This document shows positions 41,773 to 55,522 of a stretch of DNA of 64,000 nt, one piece after another (positions within the stretch are counted from its first letter, which is position 1; every line of letters begins with the position of its first letter). The stretch is from Eledone cirrhosa. Lineage: Eukaryota. The notes beneath the pieces are model-generated. The model searched no databases, was not told where the DNA came from, and was given only the letters and a program-made list of their open reading frames with translations. Position numbers and translations under genes: made by a program. The DNA lies in assembly GCA_964016885.1 (NCBI GenBank), contig OZ024740.1, positions 124,868,001 to 124,932,000 on the forward strand, in the 5' to 3' direction.

Positions 41773-41943
41773 CATACACGTACATATACACATACATATA
41801 CACATACACACATACAAACACATACATACATATACACACATCCACACTTAGAACATACATACACACACATATATAAACATATACATATACACACATACAT
41901 ACATATACACACATACATATAAATACACATATATATATACACA

Positions 41944-41995
<52 letters not shown>

Positions 41996-42286
41996 CATAC
42001 ACTCATACATACACATATAATCACACATACTATATAGACACACATATATATACACACATACACGCACATATACATACACTTACATACATATATACATACA
42101 TATATACACATACATACCTATATATACACACAAATACATACAGACATACATACATACATACAGACAAATACTTAGGCATCTATATATCGGTATATACATA
42201 CAAACACCACTACACTCTCACACAACTCAGACATACAAAGAAAAAGGTATATACCTATACACATATACATATACAAATAGAGAAAC

Positions 42287-42349
<63 letters not shown>

Positions 42350-42561
42350 CATACATATACACATATACACACATACACATACATACACATACATACATGT
42401 ACACACACATAGATATATATACACATACACACATACACACATACATATTTAGTCATACACACACATACACCTACACGAACATACACATACACATATATAA
42501 AGATATATATACACACACACACACACATACACACACACACATATATATAAAAAATGAAGAA

Positions 42562-42608
<47 letters not shown>

Positions 42609-43216
42609 CATATACATACACACATACATAGACATATATGTACATACATACACATACATAGATACATACACACACATACATACATATATATATACACACA
42701 CATAGACATATACTTACATACACACACAACATACATACACACATATATACTCATACATAGAATTAGATATATAATCATACATACATACGCACTTACATAT
42801 ACTCATATATACAAATACATACGCATCCATATATGCGTATATACATAGAAACACCACTACACCCTCACCCAACTCAGACATACAAAGAAAAAGGCATATA
42901 CATATACATATATACACGCATTAATAGAGATATATATACACAAATATATATATATATATATACACACATACACTTTTATATATATATATACTCACACCCA
43001 CATACAACCAAAAATACACATACAAACACCCACATATACATATATATACACATATATATATATACACACACATAAAAAACAGACATGCACATATATATTT
43101 TTTTACACACATATATATACACATATATATACATATACACACACTCACATATACACACATACACATAAGTTATATTATAATAATAAATAATATATATATA
43201 TAACACATACATATAT

Positions 43217-43259
<43 letters not shown>

Positions 43260-43518
43260 CGAATATAGACATATATACGCACATAGATATATATATATAT
43301 ATACATACACATACATATACACACACACATATACACACTCACATATACATGTGTGTGCACACACACATATATACACATACACACATATACACATAAACAC
43401 ATATATGTGTATACATGCGCACACACACATATATCCACATAGATACGAAGATAGACATATAAATAGAGAGACATACATATATATACACACACACACATAT
43501 ACATACATACATACACAC

Positions 43519-43579
<61 letters not shown>

Positions 43580-44959
43580 CACACATACACATACACACAT
43601 ATATACACACATGCATATATACACATATACACATACATACACACACATATATATACACACACAATCTTACATTCTTATTTGCATGCGCATATATGTATTT
43701 TTATATTCAGATATAAATACCCAAACATATATACACCTACCTACATATATATTCATACATACACGCCTACAAACACAGATGGTAATAGTATGGGGGAAAG
43801 GGGGGGGAGAAGGGGATTATAGTAAATATATGTTTCAAGAAACATAGAATATTATCCGTATCAGGATCCAATGTATATTTTTTTACATAGTTTCAGTGTT
43901 AGGAAATACAATAAACAAGAAATAAGGCAGAATTTATGCATTTCAAAATAAATAAGTATACCATTAAATTATATGTTAACTAAACTAAAGATAGTTAACA
44001 TAATGATTTCTAAGGTGTAAATTAGTTAGGTTTATAATATTTGAAGCAGAATTTTGAAGTTAAATAGTAGTAGAGTATTAATTATAGTATAACTAAATTA
44101 AAGTTAATAACGTTATGGTATCAATATTAGGAAATGAATTTAGTAATAGGGAAAAAACAAATAAAGTATTACATCGGTAGTAGAATATAAATTATAGGTT
44201 AACTAAATTAAAAATTATATATTTATTTCTATAGTATATGTTAATTAGGTATATAATAAATAAAACAGATATTGTATTTTATCAATAGCAGAATATAATT
44301 ATATGCAAATAGAAATCAAAATTAATACATATACATATACATATACATACACATATATATATACACATATATATACATATATATATACATATATACACAT
44401 ATACACACACACACACATACACATACACATATACATATACATATTTTTTCAAAAATTGCAAAGAATATATTAACTAGGTATATATCCAAAACACATCCCA
44501 TTCTATGATTACATGACATTCTGCAATTCGTCTGTATAAGGATACTAATTTTAAGCCAATTAAATTAAATTTTTAGGTTGATTAAAATTAAAACCAAATT
44601 ATAAATATATTTCTAAAATGTATATTAATTAGGTCTATAATACTAAAAATTAATTCTCTGTCATTGGATACACGATATTTTGTTATATTTTATCTGTAAA
44701 AGAATTATAATAAAAGGTTTAAATAAATTAAAATTAATCTATAAATTAAATTACTAAGTATATATTAGTAATATTTAAAGGTTTTTCACAATTTATGATT
44801 ACATAATATTTTATATTCTCATCTGTAATAGAATTTTAATTAAATTAAATTTATAGGTTAACTAACATTTAAATTAAATTAATTTCTAAAATAATGTTAT
44901 TAATTAGGTTTATAATATTTAAATGTTTTTTTTTAGTTTATGATTACACGATATAATTA

Positions 44960-46560
44960 ATTCCTGTCGTTTATTTAATAGGATATCCTTAGATTTCATT
45001 ATTTCAAATAGTTCTTGGGAACATAATCTACATTCATTTCTATTATTTTGATAAGGGGTGGCTCTTTTGAGCACACTCCAGGTCAAATCATATTCTATAT
45101 TCTTATTTTTATAAATATTGATTTTTTTCTGCTAGAGATGTTGTATTAGCCAGTGCGGCATTTTTAAAACTATGCTTGTGGGTATTAAACCTTGTCTTAA
45201 AATTGTTAGAGGTAGCTCCTATATATGAGCAAATAGAATCTTTAGTTTTAACATTACATTTATAGACTATGTTGTTAACAAGACAATTCCCTTTTAATGG
45301 GCAGTTTGCTTTGTTTCTACAGTTACAACCTTTCGTTAATTCTGTATTTGAGGAGATATTATGGTTAATTTGATGTACTGGTGGTATACTTATGGTTTTC
45401 TTACATTTATATGCATTATAGGCACTTATATTTTGTTTTATGTTATTTGTTGTAGAATATGAGAATTTAACTGTAAACCTATTTAAGATTTGATGGTATT
45501 TGTGGTTTGGCGGGAAGTTTTTCTCTAGGATATAAAAAAATTTTTTAGCAATATTATCCTTAATTTGTAAATTAAATGGAGCATTATACCAAGTAACCCG
45601 TCTATTACGGTTTCTATGTTGTTTATTATTTTTATTATTTTTATAGGTTGTATCGTGATTTTTACTAGGAGGATTAATGTTAATGATCTCACCACAACCA
45701 TTTTTAGTTATATTTGTAGATTTAGGTGTTTTATCCTTTTTATTAGGAGTTTTATTATTAATATTTATTAGAGTTGTATGATGAGTAGTTTTTTGAGAGT
45801 TACTATACTTTATATTAGAAGATTTGGTATTTTGGGGTATAGTGTGGGTGGCATTTAGGTGTGTACTTTTCATTTGGTGTTTGTTGGTAATATTAGGTTG
45901 TATGCTTTCAGTATTTTTAGTAGAAGGTATATATTCTAATCTATTTTTGTGGCCACTTCTATCTAGAGCTTCGTTATAGAAGGTCGCATTTTTATCAAAT
46001 ACATCTTGGTTAGAAGAAAGGTTAGAAATTCTAAGTGATATATTATATGCAAGGTTTTTAAGGATAGATTTAGGGTGATTAGATTGTGAGTGTATGTAAT
46101 GTAAGTTTTGGTTTGGTTTATGGTAAGGTTGGTAGATACCCGTAGCTAAATCTAAAGTTATATCTAGGAAATTTACTACTTTACTTGTTTTTTCAAAAGT
46201 AATATTAAGATTATAATAGTCTTTAAGGAAAGTTCTAATATGTTTTTTGTTTTTTTCAATTTCTGAAAGGCTAAGGTTGTTAGAAAGAAGAAGACAGTCA
46301 TCACGATATAAACCAACTTTGAGGTGGGGAAAGGAGGCATTTATGTTGAAAAGGAGGAAGAGGCCCACAAGATCAGTAATTTGGGCGGAATCGCTTGAAC
46401 CCATAGTAATGTCAAATAGATTACTATATGTGTTTCTGGTCCAGTATTCATTCTGAAATTCAATAAGTGTTAGTCTAGCATGTGTAACAATATTAATGTC
46501 ATCCAAAGTTAAGTTAGATCTATTTTTAGCAAATATCAATGCTTTGTTCAGGAGTATAGG
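44960..46560 (-). pseudogene. PLE RT (5'-truncated) plus GIY-YIG endonuclease, frameshifted near the C-terminus
   Basis: FDITMGSSDSAQITDLVG, LYRDD, VNFLDITL, YHKPN..SNHP, WYNAPF, CNCRNKANCPLKGNC, IVYKC..YIGATSNNFKTRF. Confidence 0.92.
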
Positions 46561-46749
46561 TGATATATATGTATGAATATATATGTAGGTAGGTGTATAT
46601 ATGTTTGGGTATTTATATCTGAATATAAAAATACATATATGCGCATGCAAATAAGAATGTAAGATTGTGTGTGTATATATATGTGTGTGTATGTATGTGT
46701 ATATGTGTATATATGCATGTGTGTATATATGTGTGTATGTGTATGTGTG

Positions 46750-46816
<67 letters not shown>

Positions 46817-47075
46817 GTGTGTATGTATGTATGTATATGTGTGTGTGTGTATATATATGTATGTCTCTCTATTTATATGTCTATCTTCGTATCTATGTGG
46901 ATATATGTGTGTGTGCGCATGTATACACATATATGTGTTTATGTGTATATGTGTGTATGTGTATATATGTGTGTGTGCACACACATGTATATGTGAGTGT
47001 GTATATGTGTGTGTGTATATGTATGTGTATGTATATATATATATATATCTATGTGCGTATATATGTCTATATTCG

Positions 47076-47116
<41 letters not shown>

Positions 47117-47724
47117 ATATATGTATGTGTTATATATATATATTATTTATTATTATAATATAACTTATGTGTATGTGTGTATATGTGAGGGTGTGTATAT
47201 GTATATATATGTGTATATATATGTGTGTAAAAAAATATATATGTGCATGTCTGTTTTTTATGTGTGTGTATATATATATATGTGTATATATATGTATATG
47301 TGGGTGTTTGTATGTGTATTTTTGGTTGTATGTGGGTGTGAGTATATATATATATATAAGTGTATGTGTGTATATATATATATATATATTTGTGTATATA
47401 TATCTCTATTAATGCGTGTATATATGTATATGTATATGCCTTTTTCTTTGTATGTCTGAGTTGGGTGAGGGTGTAGTGGTGTTTCTATGTATATACGCAT
47501 ATATGGATGCGTATGTATTTGTATATATGAGTATATGTAAGTGCGTATGTATGTATGATTATATATCTAATTCTATGTATGAGTATATATGTGTGTATGT
47601 ATGTTGTGTGTGTATGTAAGTATATGTCTATGTGTGTGTATATATATATGTATGTATGTGTGTGTATGTATCTATGTATGTGTATGTATGTACATATATG
47701 TCTATGTATGTGTGTATGTATATG

Positions 47725-47769
<45 letters not shown>

Positions 47770-48007
47770 TCATTTTTTATATATATGTGTGTGTGTGTAT
47801 GTGTGTGTGTGTGTGTATATATATCTTTATATATGTGTATGTGTATGTTCGTGTAGGTGTATGTGTGTGTATGACTAAATATGTATGTGTGTATGTGTGT
47901 ATGTGTATATATATCTATGTGTGTGTACATGTATGTATGTGTATGTATGTGTATGTGTGTATATGTGTATATGTATGTATATGTATATATATATATATAT
48001 ATATATT

Positions 48008-48038
<31 letters not shown>

Positions 48039-48325
48039 GTTTCTCTATTTGTATATGTATATGTGTATAGGTATATACCTTTTTCTTTGTATGTCTGAGT
48101 TGTGTGAGAGTGTAGTGGTGTTTGTATGTATATACCGATATATAGATGCCTAAGTATTTGTCTGTATGTATGTATGTATGTCTGTATGTATTTGTGTGTA
48201 TATATAGGTATGTATGTGTATATCTGTATGTATATATGTATGTAAGTGTATGTATATGTGCGTGTATGTGTGTATATATATGTGTGTCTATATAGTATGT
48301 GTGATTATATGTGTATGTATGAGTG

Positions 48326-48378
<53 letters not shown>

Positions 48379-48540
48379 ATATATATATGTGTATTTATAT
48401 GTATGTGTGTATATGTATGTATGTGTGTATATGTATATGTTTATATATGTGTGTGTATGTATGTTCTAAGTGTGGATGTGTGTATATGTATGTATGTGTT
48501 TGTATGTGTGTATGTGTATATGTATGTGTGTATGTACGTG

Positions 48541-48638
<98 letters not shown>

Positions 48639-49294
48639 CTTGATATATTTCTTTTTTCTTTCTTCTTTTTTCTTTTTCTTTTTCTTTTCTTTCCTTTTTA
48701 ATGTTTATTTATTATTTATTATTTTTTATTTTTTATTTTGTTATTTTCTTAGTTTATAGATACATCTATATCAAGCAGTCTGCCCAAACAGTTGAATACT
48801 GACCTCTCCCCCCCTCCCACCTAATTTCTGTATCTTGATCTAAATGTGTGTGCCAATGTTTATGTGAGTGAATTAATATCCATGTGCTTAGGATTTTATA
48901 TCCACATATATATATGTGAGTGGGGGTGTGTGTGTGTTTGTATGTTCGTAGTTTATGTGTATGTTTATGCATATACGCGTGTGTATGTGTGATTGTACGG
49001 ATATGAGTGAGTATGAAAATATGTATATACACTTATTTCATATTTATGTGTCTATACGCATCTTATCTGTGCATTATAAACTTACAGAGACATTAACCTT
49101 GAAATTTTGTATTTGCATCCATCCTTTTCGTATGCGTATACAAGTTGTGCATACATTTTTGTAAAATATGTGTAAGGGTAGTTACATGTATATACACACA
49201 CCGAACTGCATTAAACCTTTTGTATTTTCATTGGTCAATTTTGTTCCCAAACGGACCTGAAATTTTGAATTGTTGTTATTATCAATAAATATAT

Positions 49295-49448
49295 TTCATT
49301 ATTTCTGAAGACGGCGTATATATGTGTTGGTATGTATATTTAATCTTGATAGTTTGTATAATTTTGTATAATTTTGTACATAGATCTGTTGAATATGCAT
49401 GCCAATTCTAACACATATATATCCTAGAAACGATCGTTAAATAATGAA
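49295..49448 (+). ncRNA. Type I hammerhead with greatly extended stem II
   Basis: TTCATTATTT-CTGAAGA-[115 nt including TATATATGTGTTGG / CTAACACATATATA pairing]-GAAA-CGATCGT-T-AAATAATGAA. Perfect 10-bp stem I and palindromic stem III. Confidence 0.8.
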
Positions 49449-49645
49449 CTTTTTTTGTTTAATATAAGGAACTGTTTTCATTGTTTATTCATTATTTGTT
49501 TAATATTTTATCTTGACTCTGTATACCGTTTATCTTTCACCGAAAGTGATTTTTCATTACATCTCTTCTTTCCATGATATCCGGAATACATTGAGTTCTT
49601 CATACGGATTGGACACTACCGTAAACTCTTGGTAGATTTATCTAC

Positions 49646-49700
<55 letters not shown>

Positions 49701-49758
49701 CATATATATATATGTATATATATATACATATATATGTATATATATATATTTATATACG

Positions 49759-49796
<38 letters not shown>

Positions 49797-49852
49797 CATA
49801 TATATATGTATATATATATACATATATATGTATATATATATATTTATATACG

Positions 49853-49896
<44 letters not shown>

Positions 49897-49988
49897 TATA
49901 TATGTATATATACACATATATATGTATATATGTATATATATACATATATATGTATATATGTATATATATATACATATATATGTATATA

Positions 49989-50030
<42 letters not shown>

Positions 50031-50090
50031 TATATATATATAAATGCATATATATATATATGTATATGCATATATATATATATATGCCTT

Positions 50091-50187
<97 letters not shown>

Positions 50188-50266
50188 TTAGATATGTATA
50201 TATATATGTATATATTCGTATATGTATATATATATATGTATATATATATATGTATATATAGATATA

Positions 50267-50335
<69 letters not shown>

Positions 50336-50362
50336 GTATATATATATGTATATATATATATG

Positions 50363-50393
<31 letters not shown>

Positions 50394-50429
50394 GTATATA
50401 TATATATGTATATATATGTATATATATGT

Positions 50430-50483
<54 letters not shown>

Positions 50484-50588
50484 GTATATATATATATATA
50501 TATATATGTATATAATTATATGTATATATATATATATCTGTACATATATATATGTATATATATATATGTATATATATATATGTATATT

Positions 50589-50663
<75 letters not shown>

Positions 50664-50682
50664 GTATATGTATATATTTATG

Positions 50683-50717
<35 letters not shown>

Positions 50718-50728
50718 GTATGTATAGC

Positions 50729-50920
50729 GTGAAGGCGTGTGGCTGAGGTTGTGAGTTCGATTCCTGGACCGGGCGATGCGTTATGTCCTTAAGCAAGGCA
50801 CTTTATTTCACGCTGCACCTTCTACTTGGAGTTGCGACCGATAGATAGTACTAGCAACTGGAAAGACCAACGGAAACATTGTTTCCTCGGTCCGATTTGA
50901 CGAAAGTTGATCGATCCTGT
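50729..50920 (+). mobile_element. tRNA-derived SINE with structured tail (copy 3, internal deletion)
   Basis: Matches 36395-36616. Confidence 0.78.
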
Positions 50921-50927
50921 TTATATG

Positions 50928-50977
<50 letters not shown>

Positions 50978-50978
<1 letters not shown>

Positions 50979-51295
50979 TTGGGGAGGGTCATATTTGCGT
51001 AATATTGCCAGAATTAATAACAGAACACACTCACTGTTTGGTTGGTTTTCGCTTCTCGCTGTCTTTTATATATATATATCTGCGATCTAACTTACTCGGT
51101 CCTCAATGTTGCCATTGACTGACCGGCGGTCAAAAATAATACAGATACAATATAGACAAACACATATATATAGTTTACATAATTTACATAAATCTTTCGT
51201 TGCACATCTGCAACATCGTCAGTGGTGTTATATTCATTGTTCCTCCTGTTGTGTTGTATGTCTACGCCATTTTTTTTCACTAATTCATCGCCGCT
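50978..51295 (-). mobile_element. 3' UTR fragment of the 10.9-12.6 kb PLE family
   Basis: Mostly the reverse complement of ~12235-12525. The last ~17 bp (TAATTCATCGCCGCTAT) match 12576-12592 in direct orientation. Confidence 0.8.
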
Positions 51296-51470
51296 ATATA
51301 TATATATGTATATAAATATATATATGTATATATATATATGTATATATATATATGTATATATGTATATGTATATATATATGTATATGTATATATATGTATA
51401 TGTATATATATATATGTATATATATGTATATATATGTATATATATATATATATAAATATATGTATATATG

Positions 51471-51593
<123 letters not shown>

Positions 51594-51674
51594 GTATATA
51601 TATATATGTATATATATGTATATATACATATATATATGTGTATATATGTATATATATATATATGTATATATATG

Positions 51675-51745
<71 letters not shown>

Positions 51746-51752
51746 GTATATG

Positions 51753-51874
<122 letters not shown>

Positions 51875-51886
51875 CATATATATATA

Positions 51887-53466
51887 CCCCTTTGTACCTC
51901 TACTTTAGGTGTGACAACATCCACCCACTTGAACTGCACTACACCGCTCTATAGGTAATTTAAGCATGAATTGATTGTCTTGTTAGTGTTGTGCGGAGGA
52001 AGTGCCTTCATTGGACAGATGAAAAACGAATTAATCTAGTAACGCTGTTGAGCAGTATGACCGGTACGCTGAGTGCAGAGAATGAATGTATTGCAACTGG
52101 CGTACGGGTTGTACATATATGGATGATTTGATGGTCAGAGTGGGGTTATGAGGACTGCGGATTGACCTCTGGTCGGCCCTGGTGATGATTATCTTTCGTC
52201 ATCCAATGTAGCAAGCGATGACCCAGAACTTATCAGAGATCATTGTGTGTTGAAGTGATTCTGCAATCACCGCGCCTGGTCCCTTGAGTAGACAACAACC
52301 ACAGAGATCATTAATTTATGGCACTCTATTCATTTTTGGCACTCTATTCATTTATGGCACTCTATTCATTTGTGACACTCTACTATGGGGCTTAGTTCAT
52401 CATAATAATACGAACACCTTCAGCACAACTTAATAGACTACTCTATAGTTAAAACACTTTAAGCTTTAGACATTTTTTAGAAATTGCGCATAACCATAGA
52501 AGTTAGGGTTTATTTTGAGACACATTTCAATAGTTAGTAATAGAAACCTCGGAGTTACCTCCCCTCATGCATGAACTCCCCTTAGCCACACACACACTTC
52601 CGGGTAGTATTTCAATGTCGATTCTCGAAACGTAACATCCTCCTGTATTGAAATAAAGAACATCAGACTACGATTCTCTAACTGGATTGCCAAACGCTCA
52701 ATATCGAATTGTCGTGTATTATGTGAGGGGCATATAATCTGAAAAATACACTCCCCCGACTATGAAAATGTCGAAGTACATGAAGTCCATGTCATCCCTT
52801 CGCTGTGCATTTCCAATATTTTTAATATTTTTAATGCTTGCACTATTTCTAATGCTTATATTATTTCTCCACACACAGACTATTACAATCATATAAAGAA
52901 TTTGCCACCAGATCAACCAACCTAACACTCTTGTTTACCTACTTAAGTCCTTCTACTACACGTAACTCTCTGCCACACTATATAAACAAGACGCACGTAC
53001 TTGCCACACATATAACCTTTGCACTATATAACCGCTTATTTTCATGTATTTTAACCTGTATTTTTGATTGTATCTTTTAATATGAATGTAATCTCTAAGT
53101 GTGTGCTGCCACTCTAGATGCTGTAATGAATGTTGACCCACAATATTTGCATATGTATCTGTATGTCTCTTGGGTGAAAAGGAGGTCAGATAAGTGTTCA
53201 CTCATTAATAAATTGCTCCGAAGAATCCAAACCTCGGTTTGGAGGAAACAGTTGTAAGCATAAAAATGTTTTGAACAGTTCTTTGATTCTTATATTTCGT
53301 ATAACTGCTCTGTAAATCATCTGATGTTTTTACATTGAGCTACTTAACTTACTGGTAATAAGGTAGTAATATATTACTGCCTACCACTATTTAGGGTTTG
53401 TATAAAAATATATATAACTGCAAAAGGTTTTTGTATTTGCATAACCATAAATAGTATAATTAATAC
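51887..53466 (+). mobile_element. PLE 3' UTR/terminal remnant related to the 14.1-17.3 kb element
   Basis: 53180-53466 aligns with the reverse complement of 14080-14360 (HHR, TTACATTGAGCTA, GGTAATAAGGTAGTAAT, ACCATAAATAGTAT). The left boundary is inferred from the flanking (TA)n. Confidence 0.65.
53214..53260 (+). ncRNA. Type I hammerhead ribozyme, variant core CCGAAGA
   Basis: TGCT-CCGAAGA-A-TCCAAAC(CTCG)GTTTGGA-G-GAAA-CAGTTGT-A-AGCA. Confidence 0.78.
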
Positions 53467-53513
53467 TAATTAATACTATATATATATATATATATATATT
53501 TTATATATATATG

Positions 53514-53548
<35 letters not shown>

Positions 53549-53629
53549 GTATATATATATGTATATATATATATATATATGTATATGTATATATATATAT
53601 ATGTATATGTATATATGTATATGAGTATG

Positions 53630-53662
<33 letters not shown>

Positions 53663-53710
53663 GTGTATATATATGTATATATATATATATATGTATATGT
53701 ATATGTATAT

Positions 53711-53758
<48 letters not shown>

Positions 53759-53980
53759 GTATACGTATATTTATATATATATATATATATATATATGTAA
53801 TATGTATATATATATATATGTATATATATATGTATATATATATATATGTATTTATATATATATGTATATGTATATATATGTATATATATATGTATATATA
53901 TGTATATATATATGTATATATATGTATATATATATATGTATATATATATATGTATATATACATATATGTATATGTAAATA

Positions 53981-54201
53981 AGTGAAGGCGTGTGGCTGAG
54001 TGGTTAGAGAATTGGATTCGCAATCGTAAGGTTGTGAGTTCGATTCCTGGACCTGGCGATGCGTTATGTCCTTGAGCAAGACACTTTATTTCACGTTGCT
54101 CCTTCTACCTGGAGTTGCGACCGATAGATAGTATTAGCAATTGGAAAGACCAACGGAAACATTGTTCCCTCGGTCCGATTAGACGAAAGTCGATCGTCCT
54201 T
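53981..54201 (+). mobile_element. tRNA-derived SINE with structured tail (copy 4)
   Basis: TGGCTGAGTGGTTAG A-box, GAGTTCGATTCC B-box and the same tail. Confidence 0.8.
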
Positions 54202-54283
54202 TAAAAATATGTAAATAAATGTATATATATATATATGTATATGTATATATGTGTATATATATATGTATATGTATATATATATA

Positions 54284-54330
<47 letters not shown>

Positions 54331-54439
54331 GTATATGTATATATATATGTATATGTATATATATGTATATGTATATATATGTATATGTATATGTATATGT
54401 GTATTTATATATATATGTATATGTATATATATGTATATG

Positions 54440-54473
<34 letters not shown>

Positions 54474-54474
54474 T

Positions 54475-54962
54475 GAATTCCAACCTCACATACTTACACC
54501 TCTCCAAGACAATGTCACTGGACCGAGATCTTTGGCGCTACACAGTAATAGAGAAGACCCGCCTTACCTAAATACAAGGTAAAATCTACTACAGTCAGTA
54601 GGCACCTCTAGCAAAATATACCTCGTCCCACTACTCCTACCCCGTCCACACCACCCCTTTCAAGGTAAAGTTATGTTGGTACCACAACATTCAGGCTGAA
54701 ACAATTGCGGTCGTGTAGCTGTCACGACAAAAAAATCACACAGTCCACGCTGTAATGTGGCCGTGTAGGTAACACGGTAAAAACCTCCCAGTTCCACACT
54801 ATAAATGTGGTTGGTTTTAGGAAGGGCATCCAGCCGTAGAAAACCCACCAGACAGTCCTATGCGAGCAAGACAACCACACTTGTATCAAGTGGGAAAACT
54901 CCTGTCCAAACCCATGCAAGCGTTGAATATGGACGTTAAACGATGATGATGATGATGATGAT
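54475..54962 (+). mobile_element. RTE LINE 3' end
   Basis: [24 protein letters not shown] matches the end of the 21.8 kb ORF. (GAT)n tail. Confidence 0.88.
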
Positions 54963-54971
54963 ATGTATATG

Positions 54972-55006
<35 letters not shown>

Positions 55007-55270
55007 GTATATATGCATACATATATGTATATATGTATATTGTTATACTTTGGGAGGGTCATGTTGCCAATATCGGTTTGAACACACGATTTCAGATAAA
55101 GAATCTTGCTAAACAAATTCAGAAACGATATCTATGTATATATATATATATATTTATATATGTATATATATTTATATATGTATATATATTTATATATGTA
55201 TATATATTTATATATTTATATATGTATATATATTTATATATATGTATATTTATATATATATATATATTTT

Positions 55271-55355
<85 letters not shown>

Positions 55356-55356
55356 G

Positions 55357-55439
<83 letters not shown>

Positions 55440-55468
55440 GTATATATATATATGTATATATATATATG

Positions 55469-55519
<51 letters not shown>

Positions 55520-55522
<3 letters not shown>

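Larger units (their letters stand above)
40838..49645 (-). mobile_element. Penelope-like element with ~4-kb 3' UTR and ~2.9-kb inverted arm
   Basis: RT/GIY-YIG ORF 45109-46560. Arms 40838-43761 and 46568-49511 are reverse complements, with an HHR in each. Confidence 0.9.

Noticed and set aside
51960-52320. Possible SECIS or C/D-box snoRNA in the PLE UTR
   Set aside because: ATGA/TGATGA words are present, but there is no convincing helix or box pairing and no clear in-frame Sec TGA in the PLE ORFs.
53981-54055. tRNA gene
   Set aside because: The A/B boxes run into a repeated SINE body, and the cloverleaf is imperfect.
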